NCBI GenBank assembly: GCA_045046875.1
Contig: JASFYY010000054.1
Coordinates: forward strand, 24,901-88,900
Source: Verrucomicrobiota bacterium
GTDB lineage: Bacteria; Verrucomicrobiota; Verrucomicrobiia; Verrucomicrobiales; DEV007
Length of the DNA: 64,000 nt
Direction: 5' to 3'
How positions within the stretch are numbered: position 1 is the first letter of the stretch; each line of letters begins with the position of its first letter. Below are positions 30,415-39,489 of the stretch, in pieces. The position numbers and the translations under genes are program-made. Under the pieces are notes generated by a model. It was not told the origin of the DNA, did no database searches, and saw nothing but the letters and a program-made list of their open reading frames with translations.

Positions 30415-33400
30415 ATGATACGGAAAACTCTCATTTTTATTATTATAGGTCTTTGTCTGTTAAGCGAGGGCTTCGCGATTGAACCTTTACGGGTTTTTAT
30501 CCGTGGTGGAGAAAAAACTCATGCGCCCGGGGCTCACGAATATCCGCAATTTGTGAAACAGTGGAAAATCTTGTTGGAAGAGCGTGGAGCCGTTTGTGAA
30601 GCGAGTTTAACGTTTCCCAATCGAGAGCAGTTGGCGGATACGGATGTATTGATCTTGCACGCCAAAGAGGCGGGTAATATTGAAGGGGAGAACCGGAGCA
30701 ATTTAGAGTCGTTCCTGCAACGTGGCGGTGGCTTGGTAGTGATTCATGCAGGCAGTGTTTCTCGCGATCCGGACTGGTATCGTGAGGTCATTGGCGGTTC
30801 CTGGAGGCATGGCACGACGCAGTTTTTTGAGGGGCATTTGAGTTTGTATTTCACGGATCGGAGAAACGCGATAACTAAAGATCTGTCTAATTTTGATCTA
30901 AATGATGAAATTTATTATGACATGGACATTTTGCCCGAGGTTCATGTGCTGGCGGCGGCTTACACTCCAAAGTTGAAGGAGGGGAAACCAGGCAAGGGGA
31001 AAGGGGTGAATATTTATGATATCCAACCGCAAATTTGGACTTATGAGAAGACTTGGCAGGGGGCAGCGGAGTCTTATCGATCTTTTGTGTGCATTCCCGG
31101 GCATTGGCAGCGGAATTTTGATCATCTGGGGATTCGCACCTTGTTGCTGAGAGGAATAGCCTGGGCAGGCAAGCGGAAAAATGTCGATGAGTTTTGCAAG
31201 GCGGAGGAGCTGGGTGATGCTTTGCGTTATGTGCAGGGGGGAGTTCCTCGTCCAGAAAAATTACAGGAATCTCTGGAAGTGCATCCAGAATTTGATCTTT
31301 CATTGGTGGCTGCCGAGCCCTTGATCAGCAATCCGTTGGATATCGATTGGGATGAAAAAGGGCGACTGTGGGTGTGTGAGTCGCCGGAGTATCCGAACGG
31401 TCGCCGTCAGACAGAAGGAGCTGCGTGGATAGATAGTGGTTCGCTGAGTCCTGGTGACTATAAACGTGATGCTCTCGATCGTATCAGTATCTTGATTGAT
31501 GAGGATGGCGATGGGGTAATGGATCACAAAAAAGTGTTTGCGGATAATTTGGAACTGGCAACGAGTTTTGTGTTTTATAGGAATGGAGTGATCGTGAGCG
31601 CGGCGCCGGATATTTGGTTGTTCGAAGACACTGACGGGGATGATGTGGCGGACAAACGAACCCGGCTTTTTAGTAAGCTGGGCAATCGCGATACTCATGC
31701 GGTGATCAATAATTTACGCTGGGGGCAGGACGGTTGGGTCTATGCGACTCACGGTTATTCGGCCAGTTCGAATGTCACCAGTGGGGATGGGAAAAAGTCT
31801 TTTGGTGGTATTGGCAGTGGTGTGGTACGCTTCAAAGCTGATGGATCTGCTTTTGAACAGTATGCTTCCAAAGGGGGCAATACCTGGGGTTTGTCGTTGA
31901 CCACGGATGGCGAAGTTTTTTACACCCAACCCACGACGGGGAATCCGCTCGTTCATGTGGTGCTGCCGGAGTATGTCCTTGCCAAAGGGAAACTGCCAGG
32001 CTTGGTGGGGACTCAGGGTTTGTTACCGGGGGCGAAGGTGTATCCAGCGATGACTTGGGAACAAACGGCCTATGTGCAGATTGATCAAGTGGGGGGGTAT
32101 ACGGCGGGAGCGGGCTGTGTGGTTTATGAAGGCGGCGCATGGCCGGAGCAGTGGAAAAACCGTTATTTTACGACTGAAGCAACAGTTAATGTTGTTGGTG
32201 ATTTTTTGCTTGAGAAAAACGGGGCGAACTATCGAGCGAGTCGTGAAGAGGGAACTGAAGGAAGTGAGTTTATCCGCAGTAGCAATCTTTGGTTTCGTCC
32301 TATTGGGGTGCGCACGGGGCCTGACGGAGCCTTGTATGTGGTTGATTTTTGCAATCAGGCAATCATTCACAATGATACCAGGGGCCCAAAACATGGGCCG
32401 GGCAATGCGGCGGTGCGACCGGATCGCGATCACTACTATGGTCGTATTTGGCGAGTGCAGCACAAACAAGCGAAGGTATTGCCAGCTTTGAATCTAGCTC
32501 GTGGTGACAAGGCTGCGTTGGAACAAGCGGCGAAAAGTCCTAACAAGATAACTCGTAATACAGCGTTGCGCTTGCTGCGGGAGAACCATGGTTTTGCGCC
32601 GTTACGGGTGGGCAGCGCGGCGGTGCGCAGTTATGAAAGGGCGCTGGCCTCGCGGGACAATGCGGACATTGTCAGGCAGGCGGCGACGACCATGGATGAT
32701 TGGACTTTGTCGGCATTGGTGGCGGCTTCGTCTGAGCCGGGTCAGCGTGCGCTGCAAACGATTGAGCTGGTTTTTGATGCCGAAACCAAGCAGGGGCTGG
32801 TGAAGTTCGTAGCCGCCTTGATGCCAGCAGTGGCGAAGGGGGATGCTAAGAAGGATGCGAATGTCATGAGTCTGCTGCAAGCTTGTGCTAAAGCGGGGCA
32901 AAAACAAGAGCCGCTGGTGGCTACGGTAATGAAAGCGCTGTCTGGCGAAGGCTTTGAGCTGTCGTCTTTCACTCCGGAGTTAAAATCTCTGTTAAAAACT
33001 TTTTTGCAAGAAGCTGATAGGTCCGCACTTGTTTTGCCTTTGATCAGCAGGTGGGATCGGAAGGGTGAGTTGAACAAGGAAGTGGCGGCAGTGATTGATG
33101 AAATGCTGATTAAGATTGGGCAAGAGGGAGTGAGTGAAGATGAAAAGTTGGCGGCGGCGAGTTCCTTGCTTGGTATGATAGGAGTAAATGATAAGATTGC
33201 TTCAGCTTTGCAGCGAGTGATGCATGGCAAGGGGACGGATGTTTTTAAATCGAAGCTGGTGAAAGCGATGGGGAAATCGGATGACCCGAAGGTGGGCGGG
33301 ATTCTCGTTGCCAGTCTAGCTGAATTGCCGCCATCTCAGCGCAGCATTGTTTTTGAACAAGTGATCAAGCGTAAGGGCTGGACGAATCAGTTGCTCGATT

Positions 33401-35337
33401 GGATTGATAAGGGGGAATTGAGCATTGCCGATTTGGGGCCGGCAAATGTCGCTCGTTTGCGCCGTCATCCGGATGAAATGGTGGCAAGTCGAGCCAAGTT
33501 GGTGTTGGGCAGGAAGAGTCCGGAGGTCAAGGAGAAGGCCGAGCTCATCGCTAAGTTGACTGCCGAAGTTGAAAAACCCGGTGATAGAGAGAAAGGTAAA
33601 TTGCTCTTTAATGCGTGCAGTGTTTGCCATCGATTCGGCGGCACTGGGATTGAGGTCGGCCCTGCCTTGGATGGTATGGGGGCTCATGGGCCGGCGGAGT
33701 TATTGGTTCATATCCTTGACCCTAACCGTGAAGTGGATCCGAGTTTTTGGGCTCATAATATCGTGACCAAAAAAGGGGAGACGTATGTGGGTGTGATCAC
33801 TTCGGAAAATGCTGCGGCGATTACTTTGGCCACTCAGGGCGGAGTTAAGGAAATTGCCAAGAGCCAGATCGAGAAGCGTGAGAATACGCGTCGCAGTTTG
33901 ATGCCCGAAGGGTTTGAGGCTTTCGGAGCGGAAGGCTTGAGGGATTTGTTGGCTTATATCTGTGGTGATGCTGCGGAGAAATTTCGGGTTATTGATTTAT
34001 CGGCGGTTTACAATGCGGACTCGCGGGGTGGCATTTTTGCCAACAGTGGTCAGAAGGGTGGCGTATTGCAATTGCCTAAGATCGGTGACCTTACTGTGGG
34101 AGGAGTTCCGTTTTATGTTCAGCCAGCTGCCAAGAGTCGAACGGGTGCTAATCTGGTGGTATTAAAAGGTGGGCCGGGTTCGGGAAATTATAGCCAGACT
34201 TTTCCTCGTCAAGTTGAGATAGAGACCACCGTTCGAGCTAGGAAATTGCATTTGCTCAGCGGGATCGGTGGCTGGGCATACCCGGCACAAGCTGACAAGC
34301 ATCTGCCAGTGTTGCAGGTCGAGGTGCAATGTGGGGATGGAGTTGGCAAGACCTTTGTTTTGCGTAACGGGGTCGAATTTGCTGACTACATTCGCCGGGT
34401 GGACGTTCCGGGTTCGGCTTTTGTGAAAGAGCTTAGTAGTGGCACGCAAGTGAGGTGGATCACTTTGGATCTTGAGCGACCGAGGGATATTAAGAAGATT
34501 GTGCTGCGGAGTTTTGACAATCGTGTTGCTCCTGTGGTGGTTGCCATGACGGCGGATGTTGAAGGGACCGGGGCTGCTCCATTGGGGAAGAAGGTGAGTG
34601 GTGTGTCGGAGGTGAAGAAGGGGAGAGAAAAGCGTGGGGAGAAGGTTCGTCCGGTTTCCATGGCTGCGCTGAAATGGGAGCAGGGCAAGGCACGTGTGTT
34701 GTTGATTGGTGGAGGAACATCACATGAGTTCAAGAAGTTCTTTGGTGATGCGGACCGGGCGATTTTAGAGAAAGCGGGCTTTTGTGTTCAATACACTGAA
34801 GATCGGGAGCAGGCGATTCGCCACTTAGCTGAGGTGGATGTGGCGGTGATCAGTGTGAACCGCAAGGGCTTCGATTCTGCTGAATACCGCAAGGCTTTGA
34901 TGCAACGAATTGCCAGTGGTAAAGGAGTGGTGATGTTGCATCCAGGGGTGTGGTATGGTTATGCGGATTGGCCAGAGTTGAATGCGAAGGTGGTGGGTGG
35001 TGGTTCCAGAGGGCATGATAAGTTGGGCGGTTTCCAGGTTGAGCTAGTGGACACTGGACACCCGGTGGTGCGGGCAGTGTCGACGAGCTTTGAAGTGATC
35101 GACGAGTTGTATCATGTGAATGCGCAATCTCCCCCAACTGGCACCTTGCCGATCAAGGTTTTGGCGCAAACCAGTCCGAGTCAGAAGTATGGCAAACCTC
35201 ACCCTAGTGTGTGGGTGGTGGAAAACCCCGAGGCACGGATTGTGGGGATCGCTCTGGGGCATGATGAGCGTGTCCATGGGCATGCTGATTTCCAGCGCAT
35301 TTTGACGAATGCGGTGCAGTGGGTCGGGAGGAAGTGA
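30415..35337 (+). CDS. PVC-type heme-binding protein with N- and C-terminal ThuA-like domains
   Basis: ThuA-like ends (GGGLVVIH, DEIY; GVVMLH, DELY, LGHD), propeller (WDEKGRLWV, DTDGDD), CSVCH heme motif, SLMPEG. Confidence 0.88.
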   Translation: MIRKTLIFIIIGLCLLSEGFAIEPLRVFIRGGEKTHAPGAHEYPQFVKQWKILLEERGAVCEASLTFPNREQLADTDVLILHAKEAGNIEGENRSNLESFLQRGGGLVVIHAGSVSRDPDWYREVIGGSWRHGTTQFFEGHLSLYFTDRRNAITKDLSNFDLNDEIYYDMDILPEVHVLAAAYTPKLKEGKPGKGKGVNIYDIQPQIWTYEKTWQGAAESYRSFVCIPGHWQRNFDHLGIRTLLLRGIAWAGKRKNVDEFCKAEELGDALRYVQGGVPRPEKLQESLEVHPEFDLSLVAAEPLISNPLDIDWDEKGRLWVCESPEYPNGRRQTEGAAWIDSGSLSPGDYKRDALDRISILIDEDGDGVMDHKKVFADNLELATSFVFYRNGVIVSAAPDIWLFEDTDGDDVADKRTRLFSKLGNRDTHAVINNLRWGQDGWVYATHGYSASSNVTSGDGKKSFGGIGSGVVRFKADGSAFEQYASKGGNTWGLSLTTDGEVFYTQPTTGNPLVHVVLPEYVLAKGKLPGLVGTQGLLPGAKVYPAMTWEQTAYVQIDQVGGYTAGAGCVVYEGGAWPEQWKNRYFTTEATVNVVGDFLLEKNGANYRASREEGTEGSEFIRSSNLWFRPIGVRTGPDGALYVVDFCNQAIIHNDTRGPKHGPGNAAVRPDRDHYYGRIWRVQHKQAKVLPALNLARGDKAALEQAAKSPNKITRNTALRLLRENHGFAPLRVGSAAVRSYERALASRDNADIVRQAATTMDDWTLSALVAASSEPGQRALQTIELVFDAETKQGLVKFVAALMPAVAKGDAKKDANVMSLLQACAKAGQKQEPLVATVMKALSGEGFELSSFTPELKSLLKTFLQEADRSALVLPLISRWDRKGELNKEVAAVIDEMLIKIGQEGVSEDEKLAAASSLLGMIGVNDKIASALQRVMHGKGTDVFKSKLVKAMGKSDDPKVGGILVASLAELPPSQRSIVFEQVIKRKGWTNQLLDWIDKGELSIADLGPANVARLRRHPDEMVASRAKLVLGRKSPEVKEKAELIAKLTAEVEKPGDREKGKLLFNACSVCHRFGGTGIEVGPALDGMGAHGPAELLVHILDPNREVDPSFWAHNIVTKKGETYVGVITSENAAAITLATQGGVKEIAKSQIEKRENTRRSLMPEGFEAFGAEGLRDLLAYICGDAAEKFRVIDLSAVYNADSRGGIFANSGQKGGVLQLPKIGDLTVGGVPFYVQPAAKSRTGANLVVLKGGPGSGNYSQTFPRQVEIETTVRARKLHLLSGIGGWAYPAQADKHLPVLQVEVQCGDGVGKTFVLRNGVEFADYIRRVDVPGSAFVKELSSGTQVRWITLDLERPRDIKKIVLRSFDNRVAPVVVAMTADVEGTGAAPLGKKVSGVSEVKKGREKRGEKVRPVSMAALKWEQGKARVLLIGGGTSHEFKKFFGDADRAILEKAGFCVQYTEDREQAIRHLAEVDVAVISVNRKGFDSAEYRKALMQRIASGKGVVMLHPGVWYGYADWPELNAKVVGGGSRGHDKLGGFQVELVDTGHPVVRAVSTSFEVIDELYHVNAQSPPTGTLPIKVLAQTSPSQKYGKPHPSVWVVENPEARIVGIALGHDERVHGHADFQRILTNAVQWVGRK

Positions 35338-35469
35338 GGGTATTGCTTGATTTGGCTTTGTTAAGTTGGTGCTGCGTGATTTAGATGACAAAGCGAAGGT
35401 TCCGAGCTGATATTTTGTAAAAGCAAGGCTTTAGGCTTGAGCATTTTTGAATGTCGTTTAGAACAGTGA

Positions 35470-36579
35470 GTGATGAATGAAAAATCACTGGGTCAATTGT
35501 TGTTAACGGGGGTGCCGGGCCCTGAACTGGATGCTGAAACGGCGGCGCGTTTTCGTAAATTGCAGCCGGGTGGGTTCATCCTTTTTGGGAGGAACATCAA
35601 GTCGCCCCAGCAGCTGCGCAAATTGATCGACGATCTGCGTGATTTGAGCGATACCGAGCCGTTCATCACGATCGATCAGGAGGGCGGGCGGGTGTCGCGC
35701 TTGCGTTTGATTGGTAACGAGCCGCCGAACGCCCAGGCTTTGAGGAAAAAGGGTGATCGTGAATTGATCCGACGTCACGGGGATTTGACCGGACGCATTC
35801 TGCGTACTTTTGGTTTTAATATGGATCTCTGTCCGGTGCTCGATATTTCTTTTGATGATGAAGCGGACAATTCGTTGAAGGGACGTTGTTGGGGCGAGGA
35901 TGCCAAGGAGGTGATCGATAATGCAACGGTGTTCAATCGTGCGATGAGGGGGCAAGGGGTGCTCAGTTGTGGCAAACATTTTCCGGGTTATGCGTCGGCG
36001 GAGGTGGATCCGCACCATGAGTTGCCGGTGATTGATAAAACGCTGGAGCAGATGGAGGCGGCGGAGTTGATGCCTTTCCGGGCTTTGTTGCCGGATTTGG
36101 ACAGTGTGATGACTTGTCATTCCCACTATCCGTGTTGGGATGCAGACCGACCAAGGTGGCCGGCTTCTTTGTCTAAAAACGTGATTGGCCAGTTTTTGCG
36201 TAACCAGTTGGCTTATGACGGGCTGGTGATGACCGATGATCTGGACATGGGCGCTATTTTGAATGAAGTGACTTTTGAAGAGACGATTATCGCGGCGGTG
36301 GAGGCGGGCAATGATTTGGTGATGATCTGTCACCGGGTGGAGTTGGTGGAGCAAGCGAAAGAACACCTGCAGCAGCTTGCAGATCCGATTGTATTGGATG
36401 CACTGGAAAGGATTCGGGTTGCCAAGGCTAAGATGGGGGCACCGTTGGAGTTCACGATGGAGGCTTACCGTGAGGTGGACGATGAGATTTGGGATTTGCG
36501 GGTGGATACGCTGGGAGAGGAACAGGCAAAAATACTCAGTGTGGAAGATGGGAAACGTTCACCAGTGGAGACTTATTGA
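35470..36579 (+). CDS. nagZ: GH3 beta-N-acetylhexosaminidase
   Basis: GGFILFGRN, IDQEGGRV, PVLD, KHFPG...DPH, MTDDL. Confidence 0.85.
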   Translation: MMNEKSLGQLLLTGVPGPELDAETAARFRKLQPGGFILFGRNIKSPQQLRKLIDDLRDLSDTEPFITIDQEGGRVSRLRLIGNEPPNAQALRKKGDRELIRRHGDLTGRILRTFGFNMDLCPVLDISFDDEADNSLKGRCWGEDAKEVIDNATVFNRAMRGQGVLSCGKHFPGYASAEVDPHHELPVIDKTLEQMEAAELMPFRALLPDLDSVMTCHSHYPCWDADRPRWPASLSKNVIGQFLRNQLAYDGLVMTDDLDMGAILNEVTFEETIIAAVEAGNDLVMICHRVELVEQAKEHLQQLADPIVLDALERIRVAKAKMGAPLEFTMEAYREVDDEIWDLRVDTLGEEQAKILSVEDGKRSPVETY

Positions 36580-36663
36580 TTGTCCTTCCGGCGTGGAATG
36601 TTTGGACAATGGGGGCGAATGATGGCAGAACTTGAGTAGAGGAATAACAGGATAAAAATAACG

Positions 36664-37368
36664 ATGCAGGCCGAGATAGAAACATTGCTGATTGTACAAG
36701 ACCGGGATCAGAAGATTAGTGGGTGCAGTAAGCAACTGGCTCACATTCCGGATGATGAGGCTGACGCAAAAAGGCGCTTGCAGGGTGATGAGAAGGCGCT
36801 GGTTGAATGCAAGGCTGAGATTCAGGCCAATGAGATCGAGATGAAAAATCTCGAGTTGGATATCGATACTCGTAAGGAGTCCGTCGCGAGGCTGAAGGTG
36901 CAGCAGTTTGAGACCAAGAAAAATGAAGAATTTCGCGCCATGGGTGTAGAAATCGAGAGGTATGGGGATGAAGTGGCTGCGCTGGAGGATCGTGAACTTG
37001 AGTTCATGGAAATTGGCGAGCAGTTGAAAAAGAAGCTGGCCGGAGCAACTGCGGCTTTGGCGGCGACCCAGGTTTTGGTGGATGAGGAGTTGGCTGATTT
37101 GGAGAGCCGGACGGAGAATCTCAACAAGGAGTTGGCTGATTTGGAAAAGGAACGGAGCGAAATCGCGACCGGGCTTGACGAGGATATCGTGGAGGTTTTT
37201 GATCGTTTGATGAAAAATAAAAATGGCGTGGCGGTGGTGGCCCTGAAGGAAGGTCAGTGCAGTGGATGTCATGTCAGGGTGATCAGTGCCACGGTGGTGG
37301 AGGCGAAGGCGGAGAAGGGATTGACTCACTGTGAGAACTGCGGACGCATTGTGTATTTTGCGAATTAG
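36664..37368 (+). CDS. Coiled-coil protein with C-terminal C4 zinc ribbon (DUF164 type)
   Basis: Long coiled coil followed by CSGCH...CENCGRI. Confidence 0.9.
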   Translation: MQAEIETLLIVQDRDQKISGCSKQLAHIPDDEADAKRRLQGDEKALVECKAEIQANEIEMKNLELDIDTRKESVARLKVQQFETKKNEEFRAMGVEIERYGDEVAALEDRELEFMEIGEQLKKKLAGATAALAATQVLVDEELADLESRTENLNKELADLEKERSEIATGLDEDIVEVFDRLMKNKNGVAVVALKEGQCSGCHVRVISATVVEAKAEKGLTHCENCGRIVYFAN

Positions 37369-37443
37369 TGGAATAACAAATAATAAAGGGCTCACACGAA
37401 AGCACGAAAGAAGAGGAAACGGTGGGCAATTTTTCTGAAGTAG

Positions 37444-37638
37444 ATGGACTTGTGTGAGGTAGTTTGTCCGACGTGTTTTGAGGCTTTCGAGGTGGTGGGA
37501 CCTGTGATAGAAGAGAGTGACTTTCCTGTGGAACACGATTATGATTGCAGCGTTTGCTGCCGACCTATGCTGATCGTTTTTGAATGCAGCTACGAAGGTG
37601 ACAAGGTGAGTGCGAGTGCACACGGACTCGGAGATTAG
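37444..37638 (+). CDS. CPXCG-type small cysteine-rich protein
   Basis: CPTC...DC.VCCRP pattern. Confidence 0.8.
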   Translation: MDLCEVVCPTCFEAFEVVGPVIEESDFPVEHDYDCSVCCRPMLIVFECSYEGDKVSASAHGLGD

Positions 37639-37640
37639 TG

Positions 37641-38675
37641 ATGAAAAGAAAACCTTTGATTTCCATTTTATTACCTGCCCGCAATGCGGAGAAGACTTTG
37701 CCATTGGCTATTGAGTCTTGTCTGGCCCAGACCTTGCCGGATTTTGAATTGGTATTGGTGGATCATCGCTCAACGGACAAGACTTTTTCTTTGATGAAAA
37801 AGTATGTAAAACGGGATCAGAGGGTGCGGGTGGCGCGGGCGCCTGCGGGTTCGACTTTTGTGCAGGCGCTCAATTTTTGCACTCGGGAAGCGGAGGGGGA
37901 TTTATTGGTGCGGATGGATGCGGATGATTTTTCTTATGCAGATCGTTTGCAGCGTCAGGCGAGGTATATGCAGGACCATCCTGAAGTCGGGGTATGCGGA
38001 GCCTTGGTGCGGATTCGTTTGCGTCAGGCGGACATGAGTGTGGCCGATCCTTTACCGGGATATGCAGATTATGAAAAATGGTTGAATGCTCTGGTATCGC
38101 CGGAGCAGGTGGCGGCGGAGCGTTATATAGATAGCCCGATTGCTAACCCCACGGCGATGATTCGTCGTGAGGTGATGGAAAAGGCGGGCGGGTATAAAGA
38201 GGTGGAATGGGCGGAGGATTATGATTTGTGGCTGAGGATGTTGCAGTCAGGAGTGAAGATTGGCAAGGTGGAGCGTGTGTTGTTGGATTGGTATGACGGG
38301 GATACCCGGGTGACCCGCACCTCCCAGCGCTACAGTCAGGATAATTTTCTCAAGGCCAAGGCCTTTTATTTATCACGTGAGCCGGTGGTGGAGGAAAATG
38401 GGGTGTCGGTGGCAGGTGCGGGACGGATTGGTAAAAAACTGGCGCGCTGGTTGAAGGAGTTCGGAGTGAAGGTGCATTGTTTTTTTGAAGTGAACGAGCG
38501 CCAGGTGGGAAATAAAATTGGCGGTATTTTGGTGAAGGGAGAAGCTAGTATGGATGAAGCCAAGGGCACGGTGTTGATCGCGGCGGTAGGCGTGGATGGG
38601 GCGCGGGGGATTATTCGGGATCGAGCGAAGGCAGCGGGTTTTGTCGAGGGGGAGGATTTTTTCTGTGTGGCTTGA
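37641..38675 (+). CDS. GT2 glycosyltransferase
   Basis: ISILLPARN, VDHRSTD, RMDADD, EDYDLWLR, C-terminal Rossmann-like domain. Confidence 0.92.
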   Translation: MKRKPLISILLPARNAEKTLPLAIESCLAQTLPDFELVLVDHRSTDKTFSLMKKYVKRDQRVRVARAPAGSTFVQALNFCTREAEGDLLVRMDADDFSYADRLQRQARYMQDHPEVGVCGALVRIRLRQADMSVADPLPGYADYEKWLNALVSPEQVAAERYIDSPIANPTAMIRREVMEKAGGYKEVEWAEDYDLWLRMLQSGVKIGKVERVLLDWYDGDTRVTRTSQRYSQDNFLKAKAFYLSREPVVEENGVSVAGAGRIGKKLARWLKEFGVKVHCFFEVNERQVGNKIGGILVKGEASMDEAKGTVLIAAVGVDGARGIIRDRAKAAGFVEGEDFFCVA

Positions 38676-38716
38676 GGAAGGGGGCAGGAGATAGGATTAA
38701 GAATACAGGAGGTAAG

Positions 38717-39484
38717 ATGACTAAGTTTCGACCATGTATTGATTTGCACGAGGGCAGGGTGAAGCAGATTGTGGGGGGGACTTTGGATGCTGCCGGTGAA
38801 ACACTGCAGACTAATTTTGTCAGTGAAGAGGAGCCTGCTTATTATGCTGAGCTTTATAGCGATGATAATTTGGCCGGCGGGCATGTGATCAAGTTGGGGC
38901 CTGGGAATGAAGCGGCGGCGCGCGCGGCTTTGGCGGCGTACCCCGGGGGCTTGCAGATTGGCGGAGGTATTACGAGTGAGAATGCGTCGACTTGGCTGCA
39001 AGCGGGAGCGAGCCATGTGATTGCCACGTCGTGTCTTTTTGACCAGCAGGGCCATTTTCAAAAAAACGAGCTGGATCGCTTGGTAGCTGAGGTGGGAAAG
39101 GGCCGTTTGGTTTTGGATTTGAGTTGTCGACGAGTAGAGGACGGCTGGGTGGTGGCGATGAATCGCTGGCAGACTTTGACGGATTTGCAGGTGACGGAGC
39201 AAACACTTGCAGAGTTGGGAGCTAGCTGTGCGGAGTTTTTGATTCACGCGGCTGACGTAGAGGGCAAGTGTGAAGGCATTGACGAAGACCTGGTTTCGCT
39301 GCTGGGAGATTGGGGCGACTGCCCAGTGACTTATGCGGGAGGGGTTCGTGCTTTGGAGGATTTGAAATTGGTACAGCGCTTGAGTGGTGGGAGGGTGGAT
39401 TTGACGATTGGCAGTGCGCTCGATATTTTTGGAGGTTCACTTGTTAAATACCTGGATTGCGTTGAGTTTAACCGGAAGAAATAG
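38717..39484 (+). CDS. hisA: ProFAR isomerase, eukaryote-type (His6-like) HisA
   Basis: FRPCIDLHEGRVKQIVGGTL, GGHVIKLG, LDLSCR, HAADVEG, DLTIGSALDIFGG. Confidence 0.92.
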   Translation: MTKFRPCIDLHEGRVKQIVGGTLDAAGETLQTNFVSEEEPAYYAELYSDDNLAGGHVIKLGPGNEAAARAALAAYPGGLQIGGGITSENASTWLQAGASHVIATSCLFDQQGHFQKNELDRLVAEVGKGRLVLDLSCRRVEDGWVVAMNRWQTLTDLQVTEQTLAELGASCAEFLIHAADVEGKCEGIDEDLVSLLGDWGDCPVTYAGGVRALEDLKLVQRLSGGRVDLTIGSALDIFGGSLVKYLDCVEFNRKK

Positions 39485-39489
39485 CTTTT

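Noticed and set aside
36559..37704. 381-aa minus-strand ORF
   Set aside because: Antisense shadow of the zinc-ribbon and CPXCG genes with no motifs. The same applies to 35503-36366, 38366-39247 and 9703-10491.
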